DNA of 42,172 bases from Candidatus Aminicenantales bacterium. GTDB taxonomy: Bacteria > Acidobacteriota > Aminicenantia > Aminicenantales > UBA4085. Position 1 is the first letter of the stretch, and the number at the start of each line of letters is the position of its first letter. The position numbers and the translations under genes are program-made. Positions 39,920 to 42,172 of this stretch are shown here, in pieces. The DNA is taken from NCBI GenBank assembly GCA_049515535.1, contig JBEKTZ010000008.1, positions 62,001 through 104,172 of the forward strand, read 5' to 3'. Below the pieces are notes generated by a model that was not told the DNA's origin, did no database searches, and worked only from the letters and a program-made list of their open reading frames with translations.

Positions 39920-40474
39920 ATGATCGAAATACGCTTTCATGGCCGAGGCGGCCAAGGGACGGTGGTTGCCTCGAAAATTCTCGCTGACGCGCTCGCCCAG
40001 GAAGGAAGCTACGTTCAAGCCTATCCCGAATTCGGGGTCGAGCGGCGCGGCGCTCCCGTCTTTTCTTTCATCCGGATCGACAACAAGCCCATCTACGACA
40101 AGAGCAAGATTTACACCCCCGACCATGTCGTCGTCGTGGACCCGACGCTCGTCGAAGCCATCGACGTCACCGAGGGCCTCAAGGCGGGCGGCTGGATCAT
40201 CATCAACAGCGACAAAAAGCCCGGAGATTTCAAGTTTCCGGCCCGTTTCCGAGTGGCGACGGTCAACGCCACGGAAATCGCCGTCCGCAACAAGCTCGGC
40301 TCCTTGGCCGCGCCTATCGTCAATACCGCGATCGTCGGCGCCGTGATCAAGATCCTCGGCCTGACCAAGCTCGAATCCCTCCTCCAGGCGATCGGCGACG
40401 CGATCACGATCAAACCCGAAGACAACAAGAAAGCTGCGGCCGAAGCCTATGAACAAGCGGCGTCGTTCGTATAA
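39920..40474 (+). CDS. porG: Pyruvate/2-oxoacid:ferredoxin oxidoreductase gamma subunit
   Basis: EIRFHGRGGQGTV, FGVERRGAPV and IVNTAIVGA motifs; RBS GAGGAG. Confidence 0.93.
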   Translation: MIEIRFHGRGGQGTVVASKILADALAQEGSYVQAYPEFGVERRGAPVFSFIRIDNKPIYDKSKIYTPDHVVVVDPTLVEAIDVTEGLKAGGWIIINSDKKPGDFKFPARFRVATVNATEIAVRNKLGSLAAPIVNTAIVGAVIKILGLTKLESLLQAIGDAITIKPEDNKKAAAEAYEQAASFV

Positions 40475-40483
40475 GAGTTGATC

Positions 40484-40783
40484 ATGCCCAAGAAAAAAGA
40501 CGTGAAAAAGATCGTTTTTCAATCCGCCGAAGAGATGCCGACAATGCCCATGTCGCTCGGTTCGATGCTCTACAACAAGACCGGCTCCTGGCGGAACATC
40601 CGGCCCGAGATCAAGCTCGAGGATTGCATCCAATGCGGAATCTGCTGGAAGTTCTGCCCGGACATGTCGATCGAGATCGAAAACGAATGGCCGGTCGTGA
40701 ACTACGACTACTGCAAAGGCTGCGGCATCTGCGCCGCGGAATGCCCGACGAAATGCATCATCATGGTGGAGGAACGGAAATGA
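40484..40783 (+). CDS. porD: Oxidoreductase delta subunit (2x[4Fe-4S])
   Basis: TGSWR, CIQCGICWKFCPD and YCKGCGICAAECP motifs. Confidence 0.93.
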   Translation: MPKKKDVKKIVFQSAEEMPTMPMSLGSMLYNKTGSWRNIRPEIKLEDCIQCGICWKFCPDMSIEIENEWPVVNYDYCKGCGICAAECPTKCIIMVEERK

Positions 40784-41931
40784 AGAAAGTCATCATGGGA
40801 AACCACGCCCTCTCCTACGGCGCCATGTTGTCCCGATCCCAGGTGATCGCCGCCTACCCCATCACGCCCCAAACGCAGGTCGTCGAGCTTCTCTCTGAGA
40901 TGTGCGCCGACGGGACTCTCAACGCCAAGTTCATCAAGGTCGAATCCGAGCACTCGGCCATGGCCGCTTGTATCGGCGCCTCGATCGCCGGCGCGCGGAC
41001 GTTCACGGCCACCTCGTCCCAAGGACTCGCTCTCATGCACGAGATGCTCCATTGGGCGTCCGGCGGCCGGCTGCCGGTCGTCATGGGCAACATCAACCGT
41101 TCGATGGCTCCCGGCTGGAGCATCTGGACGGACCAGAACGACAGCTTGAGCGAGCGCGACACGGGCTGGATGCAGTACTACTGCGCCTCCAACCAGGAAG
41201 TCTTGGACACGGTCATCCAGGCGTTCAAGGTATCGGAAAAACTGGCCATCCCGAGCATGGTCGTCCTCGACGCTTTTGCCCTGTCCCACACCTATGAAGT
41301 CGTCGACATCCCCGTCCAGGCAAAAGTGGACGCCTATCTCCCGCCGTTCAAGCCTCCCTTCCGGCTGACGCCCGACGACCCCCATGCCTTCGGCGGCCTG
41401 ACGGGCCCCGAGCACTATTTCGAGCTGCGCTACAAACTCCAGAAGGACATGGAAAAAGCGCCCGCCCTCATCGAAGAGACGGGCCGGGAATACGAGAAGA
41501 TGTTCGGCCGCTATCTCGGCCTGGTGGATGCTTATCGATGCGAGGATGCCGAGATCACCCTCGTCACGTCGGGGACGGCGGGCTACACGGCACATGTCGC
41601 CGTGGACGAGATGCGCAAGAGCGGCCTCAAAGTCGGAAACCTGCGGATGAAGGTCTTTCGGCCCTTCCCCTTCGACAAAATCCGCGACATCCTGAAGAAG
41701 GCGAAGAAGGTGGCCGTCGTCGACCGCAACATCTCCTACGGCTATCACGGCATCTTCGCCCAAGAAGTGAAAGCGGCGCTCCTGGGCCACGCCCGCGTCC
41801 CCGTCTTCAGTTTCATCGCCGGGCTCGGGGGCCGCGACATCACCCCGGCCTCGTTCCGGGAGGTCGTGGATTATACCGTGGCCCGCCCTGAACCCGATGA
41901 AGAGATTGCCTGGATCGGAGTCAAGAAATGA
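40780..41931 (+). CDS. porA: Oxidoreductase alpha subunit
   Basis: AAYPITPQT, VESEHSAM, TATSSQGL and GLGGRD motifs; ATGA overlap with porD. Confidence 0.94.
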   Translation: MKKVIMGNHALSYGAMLSRSQVIAAYPITPQTQVVELLSEMCADGTLNAKFIKVESEHSAMAACIGASIAGARTFTATSSQGLALMHEMLHWASGGRLPVVMGNINRSMAPGWSIWTDQNDSLSERDTGWMQYYCASNQEVLDTVIQAFKVSEKLAIPSMVVLDAFALSHTYEVVDIPVQAKVDAYLPPFKPPFRLTPDDPHAFGGLTGPEHYFELRYKLQKDMEKAPALIEETGREYEKMFGRYLGLVDAYRCEDAEITLVTSGTAGYTAHVAVDEMRKSGLKVGNLRMKVFRPFPFDKIRDILKKAKKVAVVDRNISYGYHGIFAQEVKAALLGHARVPVFSFIAGLGGRDITPASFREVVDYTVARPEPDEEIAWIGVKK

Positions 41932-42172
41932 GCAAACAAAAGAAGATGACGTTGACCTTGCCTCTCGAAGAATACGTCGGCGCCGGCAACCTCGCCTGCC
42001 AAGGCTGCGGCGCGAACCTCGCCCTGCGCTATGTCCTCAAGGCGCTCGGAAAGAGAACCGTCCTCTGCATTCCCGCCTGTTGCTGGTCCGTCATTGACGG
42101 CGCGTTTCCCTATTCCTGCATGAGCGTCCCCATCTACCATTGCGCCTTCGAGACCGCCGCCTCCACGGCGAC
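41928..42172 (+). CDS. porB: Oxidoreductase beta subunit (partial, runs off the window)
   Basis: MSKQKKMTLTLPLEEYVGAGNLACQGCGANLALR..IPACCWSVI..HCAFETAASTA; ATGA overlap with porA. Confidence 0.9.
   Translation, partial: MSKQKKMTLTLPLEEYVGAGNLACQGCGANLALRYVLKALGKRTVLCIPACCWSVIDGAFPYSCMSVPIYHCAFETAASTA

Noticed and set aside
40624..40779. N-terminal extension of porA
   Set aside because: It overlaps porD out of frame; an ATGA-coupled start at 40780 with a GGAGG RBS fits better.

Overview
A 42 kb window of mostly high-GC bacterial chromosome. The gene style suggests an anaerobic, possibly Aminicenantes/Acidobacteriota-like organism, but this is inference only. From left to right it contains: an AT-rich edge with a glycosyltransferase; coupled gltX-glnS; GNAT + DUF2156; a phytoene-desaturase-like oxidoreductase; a class II photolyase; a four-gene secreted-peptide operon; hutU; a c-di-GMP module (GAF-GGDEF-PilZ cyclase, coiled-coil protein, HD-GYP); rpmE-prfA-prmC; rsmD; a Wzy/Wza/Wzc-type exopolysaccharide cluster; thiC + an endonuclease IV-like gene; and a 2-oxoacid:ferredoxin oxidoreductase operon cut off by the window end. 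Two observations stand out. (1) An operon with a consensus sigma54 promoter encodes two paralogous signal-peptide-bearing small proteins with a twin CX6C motif, a secreted beta-propeller and a CPPC thioredoxin-like protein, which is a candidate uncharacterised disulfide-peptide system. (2) A ~66 bp GC-rich palindromic repeat occurs four times: once as an in-frame ~22-codon insertion in gltX, once supplying the C-terminus and stop codon of hutU, and twice between genes. No rRNA, tRNA, CRISPR array or transposase was seen. All product calls come from motif recognition by eye; no database searches were run.
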